Assembly (NCBI GenBank): GCA_038231275.1
Contig: JBBRLQ010000020.1
Coordinates: forward strand, 81,685-145,684
From: Polyangiales bacterium
GTDB lineage: Bacteria > Myxococcota_A > Polyangia > Polyangiales > Polyangiaceae
Length of the DNA: 64,000 nt
Direction of reading: 5' to 3'
In this document: in pieces, positions 9,248 to 18,468 of the stretch
Layout: the number at the start of each line of letters is the position of its first letter
Numbering within the stretch: the stretch's first letter is position 1
The notes under the pieces: generated by a model
What the model saw: the letters and a program-made list of their open reading frames with translations, nothing else
Database searches by the model: none
What the model was told of the DNA's origin: nothing
Program-made: the position numbers and the translations under genes

Positions 9248-12200
9248 ATGCACGTCACCGTCCCGGTCTATCAGAAGCGCGCAGGCCAGAACCTGGAGTG
9301 GATCACGCTCGGCCTCGGCACGCACACCAAGACGCGGGCCGGCACCAACGCGCAGAAAATCCAGGAGAAGCTCACCGACGATCTGCGCCGCGCCGCCGAG
9401 GGGGCTCCACCGCGCGATCTCCCGTCGTTCCAGCTCAAACGCGGGACTCGCCTCGAGCGCGTGCGCGTCGAGCTCGTGTTGAAGAGCGAGGGACAGAAGC
9501 GGAAGCCCTCCGGTCTCGTCCCGGTGATCGTCGAGCCGCGCGAGGCCGGCGACGGCGCGCGCTTCGTCATCGCGTACCACCCGGCGCGTCAAAGCGAGTG
9601 GTTCCCCGTCCGCGAGGGACAGACGCTGGCCGAGCAAGCCAAGGCGTTCTTCCAAAAGGCGTGGGCGGGCCTCGACGACGAGGCGCTCGGCCTCCTCTGG
9701 TCGAACGGCCGCGATCTGCTGAAAATTCTAGCGTTCTCCTTTCGCCCGCGATCGCTGCTCGACGAGCTGCCCGACAAGAAGAAAGGCATCTGGGACGATC
9801 TCGACGCGGATCCGGCGCGGCAGAAGCAGAAGAAGGCGCCGGCCGGCATGCAGGTCTTGCCGCGGCTCGGCGTCGATCTCACCGCGCGCGCCGAGACTCG
9901 CCGCGACCAGGCCAGGCCGCGCCCGCCCTACCGCGAGCAGCTCCAGAGCCTCCTCTCTGCGGCGAAGAAGCAGTCGACGCTGCTGGTCGGCGCGCACGGG
10001 GTCGGGAAATCGACGCTGCTCGATCAATGGATCTTGGATCTGATGGAGGCGGAGGACTTCCCGTCGCACCGGAACCTCGACCGCGTGACCCACGTGTGGT
10101 CGCTGGGCGGCAAGCAGCTCATCGCCGGGATGTCGTATGTCGGCGATTGGGAGAAGCGCTGCGTCGATTTGCTCGAGGACGTACGCGGTCGCAAGGTGGT
10201 CCTCATCGTCCACGATTTGCACCTTTTCGGGCAGATCGGCCGCGCGCGGGACAGCGATCGCGCGCTCGCCGATTTCTTCCGCGGGCCGCTCGCGCGCGGG
10301 GAGATCGTCCTCGCCGGCGAGTGCACGGCCGAGCAGCTGCGGCGCCTCGAGGAGGACGCGCCGGCCTTCGCGGCGCTTTTCGCGCGCGTCTTCGTCCGCG
10401 AGGCGACGAGCGAGGAGACCTTCCGCATGATGGTCGGCACTGCGCGGCGGCTCGAGATGGAGAGGAACGTCACGTTCGACGCGTGGGCCTTCCAGACGAT
10501 CCTCGAGCTCGGCGCCGCGCTCTTCCCGTCGCACGCGCTGCCGGGAAAGGCCATCGACATGCTCGAGCGCCTCGCCCACGAGCACGACGCGGAAGAAGGC
10601 GACGATGCGACCGACATCGACGGCGATCTGGTCACCGATCACTTGACCGAGCGCACCGGCCTCCCGTACCGCCTGATCTCTCCGGGCGGCACGCTGAAGC
10701 AGAGCGACGTCGAGGCAGCGCTCGCGCTGAAGGTCATGGGGCAGCCCGAGGCGGTCGCGGCCGCCGCCGATGTCGTGGTGCGCGTGCGCGCAGGGCTCAC
10801 GGATCCGAAGCGTCCTTACGCCGTTCATCTGTTCACGGGGCCGACGGGCACCGGCAAGACCGAGCTGGCGAAGGCGCTCGCCGAGTACCTGTACGGCGGG
10901 CCGTCGCGCCTCCTCCGGCTCGACATGAGCGAGTTCGGCTCCGCAGACGCCGTCGCGCGTCTCATCGGCGACGCGTGGACGCCGGACGGTCTCCTCACGA
11001 GCGCGATCAAAGAGCAGCCGTTCAGCGTAGTGCTCCTCGACGAGATCGAGAAGGCGCATCCCGCGGTGCACAACCTCCTCCTCCAGCTCTTCGACGAGGG
11101 CCGCCTCACCGACGCGGCGGGCAACGCGGTGAGCTTCCTCCAGTCGGTCGTGGTGATGACGTCGAACCTCGGCGCACGCACGCGGCCGCCGATGGGGTTC
11201 ACGGAGGCGCCCGATCAAGTGATGCTCGAGATCGCGCGCGCGGTGCGCGAGTTCTTCCCGCCGGAGCTGTGGAACCGCATCGATCGCGTCGTGCCGTTCC
11301 GGCCGCTCTCGCGCGAGGTCGCGGTCGACGTGGCGCAGAAGGAGCTCGCGAAGCTCCTCGGCCGACGCGGACTCGCCGATCGCAACATCTTCGTCCACGC
11401 CAACCGCGCCGTGGTCGAGCGGGTCGCCGCCGACGCGTTCCGCCAAGAGGACGGGGCGCGCTCGCTGAAGCGCTTCCTCGAGGATCGCATCGGGTCGCGC
11501 CTCAGCGAAGAGATCGCGAAGGCCCCCAACGCGGCGCTCCAGGTCGTTCGCCTCTTCGACGGTGAGGACGGCTTCGTCCTCGAGCACGAGCCGCTCGTGG
11601 AGGCCGAGCCGTGCGGAGATCGTTTCGCGCTCGAGCCGCTCCTCGAGCTGCCCTTGGCGGACCTCCAGGCGCGCCTCCCGGAGCTGGTGACGAGCCTCGA
11701 CGAGATCGAGAAGAGCCCGCGTTTCCTCGCGATCGAGCAGCAAATCATACGTCTCCTCGCCGCCCGGCGCGAGGGACGGGTCGACGCCGGCGACACGATC
11801 TTCGATCTGGATTGGACGCGCGCGAGCCTGAAGGCGTTCCGCGACAAGATCGAGCGCCTGAGCGTCGCGTCGCGCGATCTCGGATACGAAGAGCTCGAGG
11901 CGCGGCAGTTCGGGACGCAAGAGGTCGAGGTCGGCGGCGCGCTCGTGCGCATGCGCGTCCTCTCACGCCTCGGCGAGCGAGACTCGGCGCGCGCCATCAC
12001 GCGGCGTGAGCTCCTCGAGTGCTTCGCGCAGGTGCAGTTCCTCGCGCGGGCGCTGGGGAAGGTGCATGACCCCACGCAGCACGCCGTGAAGGTGGAGGTG
12101 CTGCCGATCGGGAGCGCGGCGTCGCTCGCGAAGTGGCTCGCGGCAGCCTACGCGGGAAAGTGGGGGCAGCTCGCCGGCTACGCGACGCTCGCGCGCGGGA

Positions 12201-12658
12201 CGGCGCTCGAGGGAACCGACAAGCGCCACCTCGCCGTCGCGCTCGAGGCGAAGCCGGACCTCATCGTGCTGCGCATCCAGGGCATGTGCGTGCGCGACTT
12301 CGCGGAGCTCGAGACCGGCACCCACGTCTGGCAAGGCGCGACGACGGCCCCGGAGCTGGTGCGCGTGCGCGTGCTCACCGACGACGGTCGCCCGCTCGCC
12401 GATCACGTCGAGGAGCACCGGCGGCGGCGCGACGCGTTCGAGAAGGCCGCGATCGCCCCGGGGCGCGAGGCCGAGAACCCGTCGCGCCTCCTCCCGATCG
12501 CACGCACGATCCGCTTCGATCCGCCGCGCGCCGGCCTGGCCCCGCTCGCGCTCGAGGATTTCGCGATGGGGCACGGCGGGACGTTCCACGTGAAGACGAT
12601 CGCCGAGGCGCTCGGCACGCTGTGGCTCCTTCGCATGACGCGGGAGGCGCGCGCATGA
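9248..12658 (+). CDS. ClpA/ClpB-like double AAA+ ATPase 2 with C-terminal release-factor-like region (~1136 aa)
   Basis: D1 GAHGVGKS; D2 GPTGTGKTE, DMSEF, LLDEIEKAHP, GRLTD, MTSNLG, GARSLKR; ATG 2 nt after previous stop. Confidence 0.85.
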   Translation: MHVTVPVYQKRAGQNLEWITLGLGTHTKTRAGTNAQKIQEKLTDDLRRAAEGAPPRDLPSFQLKRGTRLERVRVELVLKSEGQKRKPSGLVPVIVEPREAGDGARFVIAYHPARQSEWFPVREGQTLAEQAKAFFQKAWAGLDDEALGLLWSNGRDLLKILAFSFRPRSLLDELPDKKKGIWDDLDADPARQKQKKAPAGMQVLPRLGVDLTARAETRRDQARPRPPYREQLQSLLSAAKKQSTLLVGAHGVGKSTLLDQWILDLMEAEDFPSHRNLDRVTHVWSLGGKQLIAGMSYVGDWEKRCVDLLEDVRGRKVVLIVHDLHLFGQIGRARDSDRALADFFRGPLARGEIVLAGECTAEQLRRLEEDAPAFAALFARVFVREATSEETFRMMVGTARRLEMERNVTFDAWAFQTILELGAALFPSHALPGKAIDMLERLAHEHDAEEGDDATDIDGDLVTDHLTERTGLPYRLISPGGTLKQSDVEAALALKVMGQPEAVAAAADVVVRVRAGLTDPKRPYAVHLFTGPTGTGKTELAKALAEYLYGGPSRLLRLDMSEFGSADAVARLIGDAWTPDGLLTSAIKEQPFSVVLLDEIEKAHPAVHNLLLQLFDEGRLTDAAGNAVSFLQSVVVMTSNLGARTRPPMGFTEAPDQVMLEIARAVREFFPPELWNRIDRVVPFRPLSREVAVDVAQKELAKLLGRRGLADRNIFVHANRAVVERVAADAFRQEDGARSLKRFLEDRIGSRLSEEIAKAPNAALQVVRLFDGEDGFVLEHEPLVEAEPCGDRFALEPLLELPLADLQARLPELVTSLDEIEKSPRFLAIEQQIIRLLAARREGRVDAGDTIFDLDWTRASLKAFRDKIERLSVASRDLGYEELEARQFGTQEVEVGGALVRMRVLSRLGERDSARAITRRELLECFAQVQFLARALGKVHDPTQHAVKVEVLPIGSAASLAKWLAAAYAGKWGQLAGYATLARGTALEGTDKRHLAVALEAKPDLIVLRIQGMCVRDFAELETGTHVWQGATTAPELVRVRVLTDDGRPLADHVEEHRRRRDAFEKAAIAPGREAENPSRLLPIARTIRFDPPRAGLAPLALEDFAMGHGGTFHVKTIAEALGTLWLLRMTREARA

Positions 12659-14934
12659 GCAAGAAGAGCCTTCGCGTGTATTTCGTCGACCACGGCGTCG
12701 AGAAGAAGTCCGGCATGCTCCTCCGCGTGTGGGACAACTTCTTCGACCGCCCGCCGCCCGCCGCGTTCGGCGCGAGCGAAGCCGACATCCTGGAGCAGCT
12801 GGAGCAGCAGCTCGCCGAGCTCGAGGCAGAGACCGCGGGCGAGCTCGAGCGCTACCTGTGGGACGAGACCTTCGCGACGCGCGAGGTGCGCATCGTCGTG
12901 CACCCGCGCTCCTCGATCAAGAAGCGCGCAGTCATCGGGAAGAAGGAGATCCCGATGACGCTGACGTATGCATACTGCAAGCTCCCGGGCGGAGGCTTCC
13001 GCGTGATGGTGCCGCGCTTCGGCGGGTGGTTCATCCTCGAGGATCTCGCGCTGGCCCCCGAGGTGCTGCGCCACGCGGTGTCGAGCTGGCTGCTCGGCGA
13101 GAACCCGCGCTGGGTCTACGACTTCCGTCACGAAGGCGAGGAGGTCGTTCGCGAGTGGGCGCCGGCGATCTTGAAGCGGACGCCACCGCGCGCGTCCACC
13201 GAGGCCGCGGGCGACGCGATGCCGACGACCGCGCAGGTCGCCGAAGAGCTCGTCGAGCGCGCGGCGAAGGGGAAGCTGCCGATGCCGGTCGGCGCGTCCC
13301 CGGAGCTCGCGCGCGCGACCAGCGATCTCGCGAAGCTGCCGCCGACGTCGATCCTCCTCGTGGGCCCCAGCGGCGTCGGCAAGACGGCGTGGGTGCGCCG
13401 CGCCGCGCATCTGTTCGTGACCTGGCGACGGCAGCCGAACAAGAAGGCGCCGCGCATCTGGGCGACGAGCGCGGACCGGATCATCGCGGGGATGGTCTAC
13501 CTGGGCCAGTGGCAGGAGCGGTGCATCGCGCTGGTGCGCGAGCTGTCGCACGAGGGGGACTACCTCTACGTCGATCGCCTGGCGCCCCTCCTGCGGCCGC
13601 AGCCCGACGGCTCCAGCATCGCGGACTTCCTCGAGCCCGCGCTGGCGGCGGGCGAGCTCAGCCTCATTGCAGAGTGCACGGAATCGGAGCTCGAACGCAT
13701 GCTCCGCGAGCGCCCGACGCTGGTGGGTCGCTTCTCGCTCGTGCGCATCGCCGAACCGTCGCAAGAGGCGGTGCTGGAGCTCGTGGGCCTGTACGCGCAG
13801 AAGCGCGGCGGGACGGCGCTGCACGCGTCCAGCCTGAAGCGAATGGTTCGTCACCTCGCGTCGTTTCAGCGGTCGACCGCGTTTCCGGGAAAGGCGATTC
13901 GCTTCGTCGACTGGCTCGCGAAGGAAGGGGCGAACAAGACGCTCTATCCGCGCGACGTCTCCGAGGCCTTCTCGCGCTACTCGGGGCTCCCGCTGGAGCT
14001 GATCAGCGACGACTACCCTGCCAGCGCCGAGGCCCTCGCCGGAGCGCTCAAGGCGCGCGTCGTCGGGCAGGACGAGGCGTGCGACGCGTGCGGACGAATG
14101 CTCGCGCGCTTCAAGGCGATGATGACCGATCCCGAGCGACCGACCGGGGCGCTGCTCTTCGTCGGCCCCACCGGCGTCGGAAAGACCGAGCTCGCCAAGC
14201 AGCTCGCGCGCACGACGTTCGGCGACGCGAAGCGGATGATCCGCCTCGACATGAGCGAGTACATGCTGCGCGGCGCGGCGAATCGGCTGCTCGACACCTC
14301 CCCGGGCGTGCGGAGCCTCGCCGCGCAGGTGCACGAGGAGCCGCTCTCGCTCGTGCTGCTGGACGAGATCGAGAAGGCGCACCCCGAGGTGTTCGATCTT
14401 CTCCTCGGCGTGCTCGGCGAGGGGCGCATGACGGACTCGAGCGGGCGCCTCGTCGACTTTCGCGGGACGATCGTGATCATGACCTCGAACCTCGGCGTGA
14501 CCGATCGCATGCCGGTCGGCTTCGGGGACGCGCTGCCCGGAGATTTCCTGCGCCACGTCCGCGCGCATTTTCGGCCGGAGCTGTGGAACCGCATCGACCA
14601 CGTCTTGCCGTTCCGGCACCTCGCGAAGGAGGACGTCGCGCGCATCGTGGATCTCGAGATCGCGGCGCTCGGCGCGCGGACGGGGCTCGTGCGGCGCGCG
14701 GTGCGGCTCGAGGTGAGCGTCGCCGCGCGGGCATGGCTCGCCGAGCGCGGGTACCACCCGACCCGCGGCGCCCGTCCGCTCAAGCGGCTCATCGAGGAGC
14801 GCGTGATGACGCCGCTGGCCGCGCGCCTCGCCGCCGAGACGGCGCTGAAGGACGGCGTCGCGCGGGTCGTCTGCGAGGGCGAGGGCGAGAGCGGGGCGGC
14901 GCGCGGCCCCCTGATCACCTTGACGTTGGGCTGA
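12655..14934 (+). CDS. ClpA/ClpB-like double AAA+ ATPase 3 (~759 aa)
   Basis: D1 GPSGVGKT; D2 GPTGVGKTE, DMSEY, LLDEIEKAHP, MTSNLG, GARPLKR; ATGA overlap with previous stop. Confidence 0.85.
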   Translation: MSKKSLRVYFVDHGVEKKSGMLLRVWDNFFDRPPPAAFGASEADILEQLEQQLAELEAETAGELERYLWDETFATREVRIVVHPRSSIKKRAVIGKKEIPMTLTYAYCKLPGGGFRVMVPRFGGWFILEDLALAPEVLRHAVSSWLLGENPRWVYDFRHEGEEVVREWAPAILKRTPPRASTEAAGDAMPTTAQVAEELVERAAKGKLPMPVGASPELARATSDLAKLPPTSILLVGPSGVGKTAWVRRAAHLFVTWRRQPNKKAPRIWATSADRIIAGMVYLGQWQERCIALVRELSHEGDYLYVDRLAPLLRPQPDGSSIADFLEPALAAGELSLIAECTESELERMLRERPTLVGRFSLVRIAEPSQEAVLELVGLYAQKRGGTALHASSLKRMVRHLASFQRSTAFPGKAIRFVDWLAKEGANKTLYPRDVSEAFSRYSGLPLELISDDYPASAEALAGALKARVVGQDEACDACGRMLARFKAMMTDPERPTGALLFVGPTGVGKTELAKQLARTTFGDAKRMIRLDMSEYMLRGAANRLLDTSPGVRSLAAQVHEEPLSLVLLDEIEKAHPEVFDLLLGVLGEGRMTDSSGRLVDFRGTIVIMTSNLGVTDRMPVGFGDALPGDFLRHVRAHFRPELWNRIDHVLPFRHLAKEDVARIVDLEIAALGARTGLVRRAVRLEVSVAARAWLAERGYHPTRGARPLKRLIEERVMTPLAARLAAETALKDGVARVVCEGEGESGAARGPLITLTLG

Positions 14935-17900
14935 TGGATCCCCTCGACGACGCGCCCGACGGGCATTGGCTCGGATCTCTGGAACGGCACGATTTGCGGC
15001 GATTGCTGGGTGCGCGATCGCTCGCCATCGCGCTCGCGAGCCACCTCCGGTACGCGTCCGCGCCGCGGCGCGAAGGGGCGGACGTCGTCGCGGCGGTGAC
15101 CGACGACGGCGCGGCGACCGACGAGACGTTCCAGGTCGCCCTGCGCATCGACGCCGACGGCGCGCTGGTCGGCAAATGCTCGCGGTGCGCGGCGCTGTTC
15201 GGCCCATGCGTGCACGTCGGCGTCGTCGCGGTGGACCTCGCGTGCTCGACGCCGATGCGCGAGGCGCTGCTCGCACGCGAAGGGACGAGCACGATCGCGG
15301 ACGGAGCGCCGGCGCGGCGTCGAGGGCTGCACCTCGAGCTCCAGTTCGACGGCGCGCTCGGCGCGTGGGTGGCCCCGGCGGCGCAGCCGATGCCCCTCGA
15401 GCTCGCGGCGGGACCTGCGACGGTCGCCGAGACCGGCCCCGGACGCGCATACGGCGATCGACGCGACGCGCCGGGAGGTCCAACGCTCTCGATCCTCGTC
15501 CGCCCGCGCGGCGAGAAGCGGCTCCTCTCGGGCCGCGAGATCCAAGAGCTCTGCGCGACGGTCGGCAAGCTCCTCCCTCGCGATCGGCGCGTCCTCGAGC
15601 ACGCGCGGGATCGCGGCAACAAGAAGGCGGTCTTCGCCGCCGGCGTCGAGGCGTCGTTGGCGCTCGAGGCGATGCGCCTGCACGGCGCGGTGATGACGAC
15701 CGGGGGAAAGACGGTGCTTCGCTTCCGCGCGATGCCGGTGAGGCCGGTGCTGCGCCTCGGCCGCGACGCGCCCGATCTTCCACACGGCTTCGACGCCCTC
15801 TCGTCGTTCTGGGTCACCGCCGACGGCGGCGCGTCGTTTCCGTTCGCGGAGACAACGCTGTTTCCAGGGCCGTTCCCGTACTTGTGGACGCGCGCCGGCG
15901 CGATTCACCCCGTGCCACCCGACGTCGATCTGGACTTCGCGCGCCAGCTCGCGCGCGCGCCGATCCTGTTCGTGCCGCCCGGCCGCCTCGCCGACGCGGG
16001 CACGCAAATCCTCCGAGCGACGCGCGGGCGCGGGGTGTCGGTGCCATCGCACGAGGTCTTCGGGCTCCCGCCGCTCGAGCCGCCGCGTGTCGTCCTTCGC
16101 CTCGAAGGAGAGCCGCTCGCGGTGGTGGGGACGCTCACCGCGCACTACCGCGGGCGCGCGATCTCGCTCGTCCCTTCGGATCCGTCGGCGCCCGAAGATC
16201 GACGGGACCTCGACGCCGAGGCGCGCGCCGTCGCCCTGGTGGCCCACGTCGCCGACGCCGACGCGAGCGAGGAGCCGGTCTCCGCGCGCGGCGAGCAGGC
16301 GATCGCGTTCTGGCGCGATGGGCTCCCGCACATCCGATCGGCCTACGATCCGCGGATCGAGGTGGAGCTCACGCCGCGCCTCGCGGGCATCCGTGTCGGG
16401 GCGCCGCTGACCGGGCGCGTTCACGTGGTGCTCGAGGGTGACTGGCTCAAGACGCGCCTCGATTTTGCGGCCGGCGATTTGCCGGTGGAGCTCGATCGCG
16501 TTCGCACCGCGCTCGCGAACAAGCAGCGGTGGGTCGAGCTCGACGACGGGACGCTCAGCCGCATCGAGTCGCAGATCGAGTCTCTCGTCGACGAAGCCGG
16601 CGCCGTCATGGGCAAGGCAGCCGAGGCGCTCCTCCCCTTCCACCAGCTCGGGCGGCTCGAGCGATGGATCGACGCGAACGACGGGAGGATCGACGCGGCG
16701 ACCGCAGCGCTGCGAAGGCGCCTGCGCGCGCTCTCGGTGGCGCCGGAGCCGCAGCTTCCACGCGGCCTCGAGGGAACCCTGCGGCCGTACCAACTTCACG
16801 GCCTGGCGTGGCTTCAGTTCCTCGAAGAGCTCGGCGCCGGCGGGATCCTGGCCGACGACATGGGGCTCGGAAAGACGATCACGACCCTCGCGTTCCTCCT
16901 TCGCCAAAAAGAGGCGCGCGGCGCGGCGCCGGCCCTCGTCGTGTGCCCCACGTCGGTGGCGACGAATTGGCTTCGCGAGGCCGCGCGCTTCACGCCGTCG
17001 CTCTCGCTCCTCCTCTTCCATGGCCCCTCGCGCGACGCGACCACCCTCGCAAAGGTCGACGTCGCGGTGACGACGTACGCGATCCTCCGCGCGGACATCG
17101 ACGCGCTCGCGAAGATCCCGTTTCGCACGGTGGTCCTGGACGAGGCGCAGAACATCAAGAACCCCGAGAGCGCCACGACGCGGGCGGCGGCGAAGCTCGC
17201 AGCGAAGACGCGCCTGGCGTTGTCGGGCACGCCGATGGAGAACCGCCTGCGCGAGCTCTGGTCGCTCGCGTCGTTCGCGAACCCTGGAATCCTCGGCGCG
17301 CCGCGCGCGTTCGAGACGCGCTTCGAGCGACCGCTCACCACCGATCGCGCGGCGCCGGTGGCCGCCGAGCTCCGGGCGATCGTGCGTCCGTTCCTGCTGC
17401 GTCGAACGAAGGCCGACGTCCTCACCGAGCTTCCGCCCAAGACCGAGATCGATCGCGTCGTCACGCTCACCACAGCGGACAAGCGCATGTACGACGCCCT
17501 CGCGCACACGCTCCGCGATGGCCTCACCGAGGACGTGCGCGCGCGCGGGCTGCGGGCGGCGTCTTTGTCCGTCTTCACCGCGCTCACGCGCTTGCGGCAA
17601 ATGGCGTGCGATCCGCGGCTCGTGGACCCGAGCCTCGTCGCGGTGGCGAGCGCCAAGCGCGAGGCGTTCCTCGATCTCGTGCGCGAGCTCGTCGCGGAGG
17701 GGCGGCGCGCGCTGATCTTCTCGCAGTTCGTGCAGCTCCTCACGCTGTGGCGCCGCGATCTCGACGAAGAGCGGATCCCGTACGCGTACCTCGACGGCGC
17801 GACGACCAAGCGCGACGAGGTGGTCCGCCGCTTCCAGGAAGGGACCGCGCCGCTCTTCCTCATCTCGCTCAAGGCGGGCGGCGTCGGGCTGAACCTCACC

Positions 17901-18419
17901 GCGGCCGACACGGTCATCCACTGCGATCCGTGGTGGAACCCCGCCGTCGAAGACCAGGCGACCGATCGCGCATACCGCATCGGGCAGGACAAGCCGGTCA
18001 CCGTGGTCCGCCTCGTCGCGCGCGGCACGATCGAAGAGAAGATCCTGGCGCTGAAGGCCAAGAAGCGCGACCTCGTCGGCTCCTTCATCGGCGACGACGG
18101 AGGCGCCTTGGCCGGCATCACAGAGGACGATCTGCGCGCGCTCCTCGGCGACGCGGAGCTCGCCGACGACGACGGCACCGGCGCGCCGGAGGACAAGACC
18201 GACGCCCTCGCGACGATGACCGAGGTGCTCGACGAGGAGTACTACGCGCTCGTGAAGGAGGCGCGGAGGTGGCTCCTCGAGGTCGGGCGCTTCGAGAGCG
18301 CGCTCGCCGAGAAGCTCGACCTTCCCGAGTCCTTCGCCACCCGCCTGGCGCAAGGGCTCCCGTTTCCATGCTCCCGCGGCCTCGGCGATCGCCTCCGGGC
18401 CCGCCTTCGCGTCGCGTGA
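14934..18419 (+). CDS. SNF2-family helicase/ATPase with N-terminal SWIM-like Zn finger (~1161 aa)
   Basis: CSRC...CVH; LRPYQ, LADDMGLGKT, LDEAQNIKN, LSGTPMEN, LKAGGVGLNLT, DPWWNP, QATDRAYRIGQ; TGATG overlap. Confidence 0.9.
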   Translation: MDPLDDAPDGHWLGSLERHDLRRLLGARSLAIALASHLRYASAPRREGADVVAAVTDDGAATDETFQVALRIDADGALVGKCSRCAALFGPCVHVGVVAVDLACSTPMREALLAREGTSTIADGAPARRRGLHLELQFDGALGAWVAPAAQPMPLELAAGPATVAETGPGRAYGDRRDAPGGPTLSILVRPRGEKRLLSGREIQELCATVGKLLPRDRRVLEHARDRGNKKAVFAAGVEASLALEAMRLHGAVMTTGGKTVLRFRAMPVRPVLRLGRDAPDLPHGFDALSSFWVTADGGASFPFAETTLFPGPFPYLWTRAGAIHPVPPDVDLDFARQLARAPILFVPPGRLADAGTQILRATRGRGVSVPSHEVFGLPPLEPPRVVLRLEGEPLAVVGTLTAHYRGRAISLVPSDPSAPEDRRDLDAEARAVALVAHVADADASEEPVSARGEQAIAFWRDGLPHIRSAYDPRIEVELTPRLAGIRVGAPLTGRVHVVLEGDWLKTRLDFAAGDLPVELDRVRTALANKQRWVELDDGTLSRIESQIESLVDEAGAVMGKAAEALLPFHQLGRLERWIDANDGRIDAATAALRRRLRALSVAPEPQLPRGLEGTLRPYQLHGLAWLQFLEELGAGGILADDMGLGKTITTLAFLLRQKEARGAAPALVVCPTSVATNWLREAARFTPSLSLLLFHGPSRDATTLAKVDVAVTTYAILRADIDALAKIPFRTVVLDEAQNIKNPESATTRAAAKLAAKTRLALSGTPMENRLRELWSLASFANPGILGAPRAFETRFERPLTTDRAAPVAAELRAIVRPFLLRRTKADVLTELPPKTEIDRVVTLTTADKRMYDALAHTLRDGLTEDVRARGLRAASLSVFTALTRLRQMACDPRLVDPSLVAVASAKREAFLDLVRELVAEGRRALIFSQFVQLLTLWRRDLDEERIPYAYLDGATTKRDEVVRRFQEGTAPLFLISLKAGGVGLNLTAADTVIHCDPWWNPAVEDQATDRAYRIGQDKPVTVVRLVARGTIEEKILALKAKKRDLVGSFIGDDGGALAGITEDDLRALLGDAELADDDGTGAPEDKTDALATMTEVLDEEYYALVKEARRWLLEVGRFESALAEKLDLPESFATRLAQGLPFPCSRGLGDRLRARLRVA

Positions 18420-18468
18420 CGCCGCTTGCGAGTGGCCTCCCGGCGGGTTCGGCGCTACGTGTAACCGG

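Noticed and set aside
3745..14933. Long upstream extensions of ORF-track entries starting at 3745, 4779, 8312, 12133 and 12729
   Set aside because: They overlap real genes in other frames; starts reassigned to 4741, 5712, 9248, 12655 and 14934
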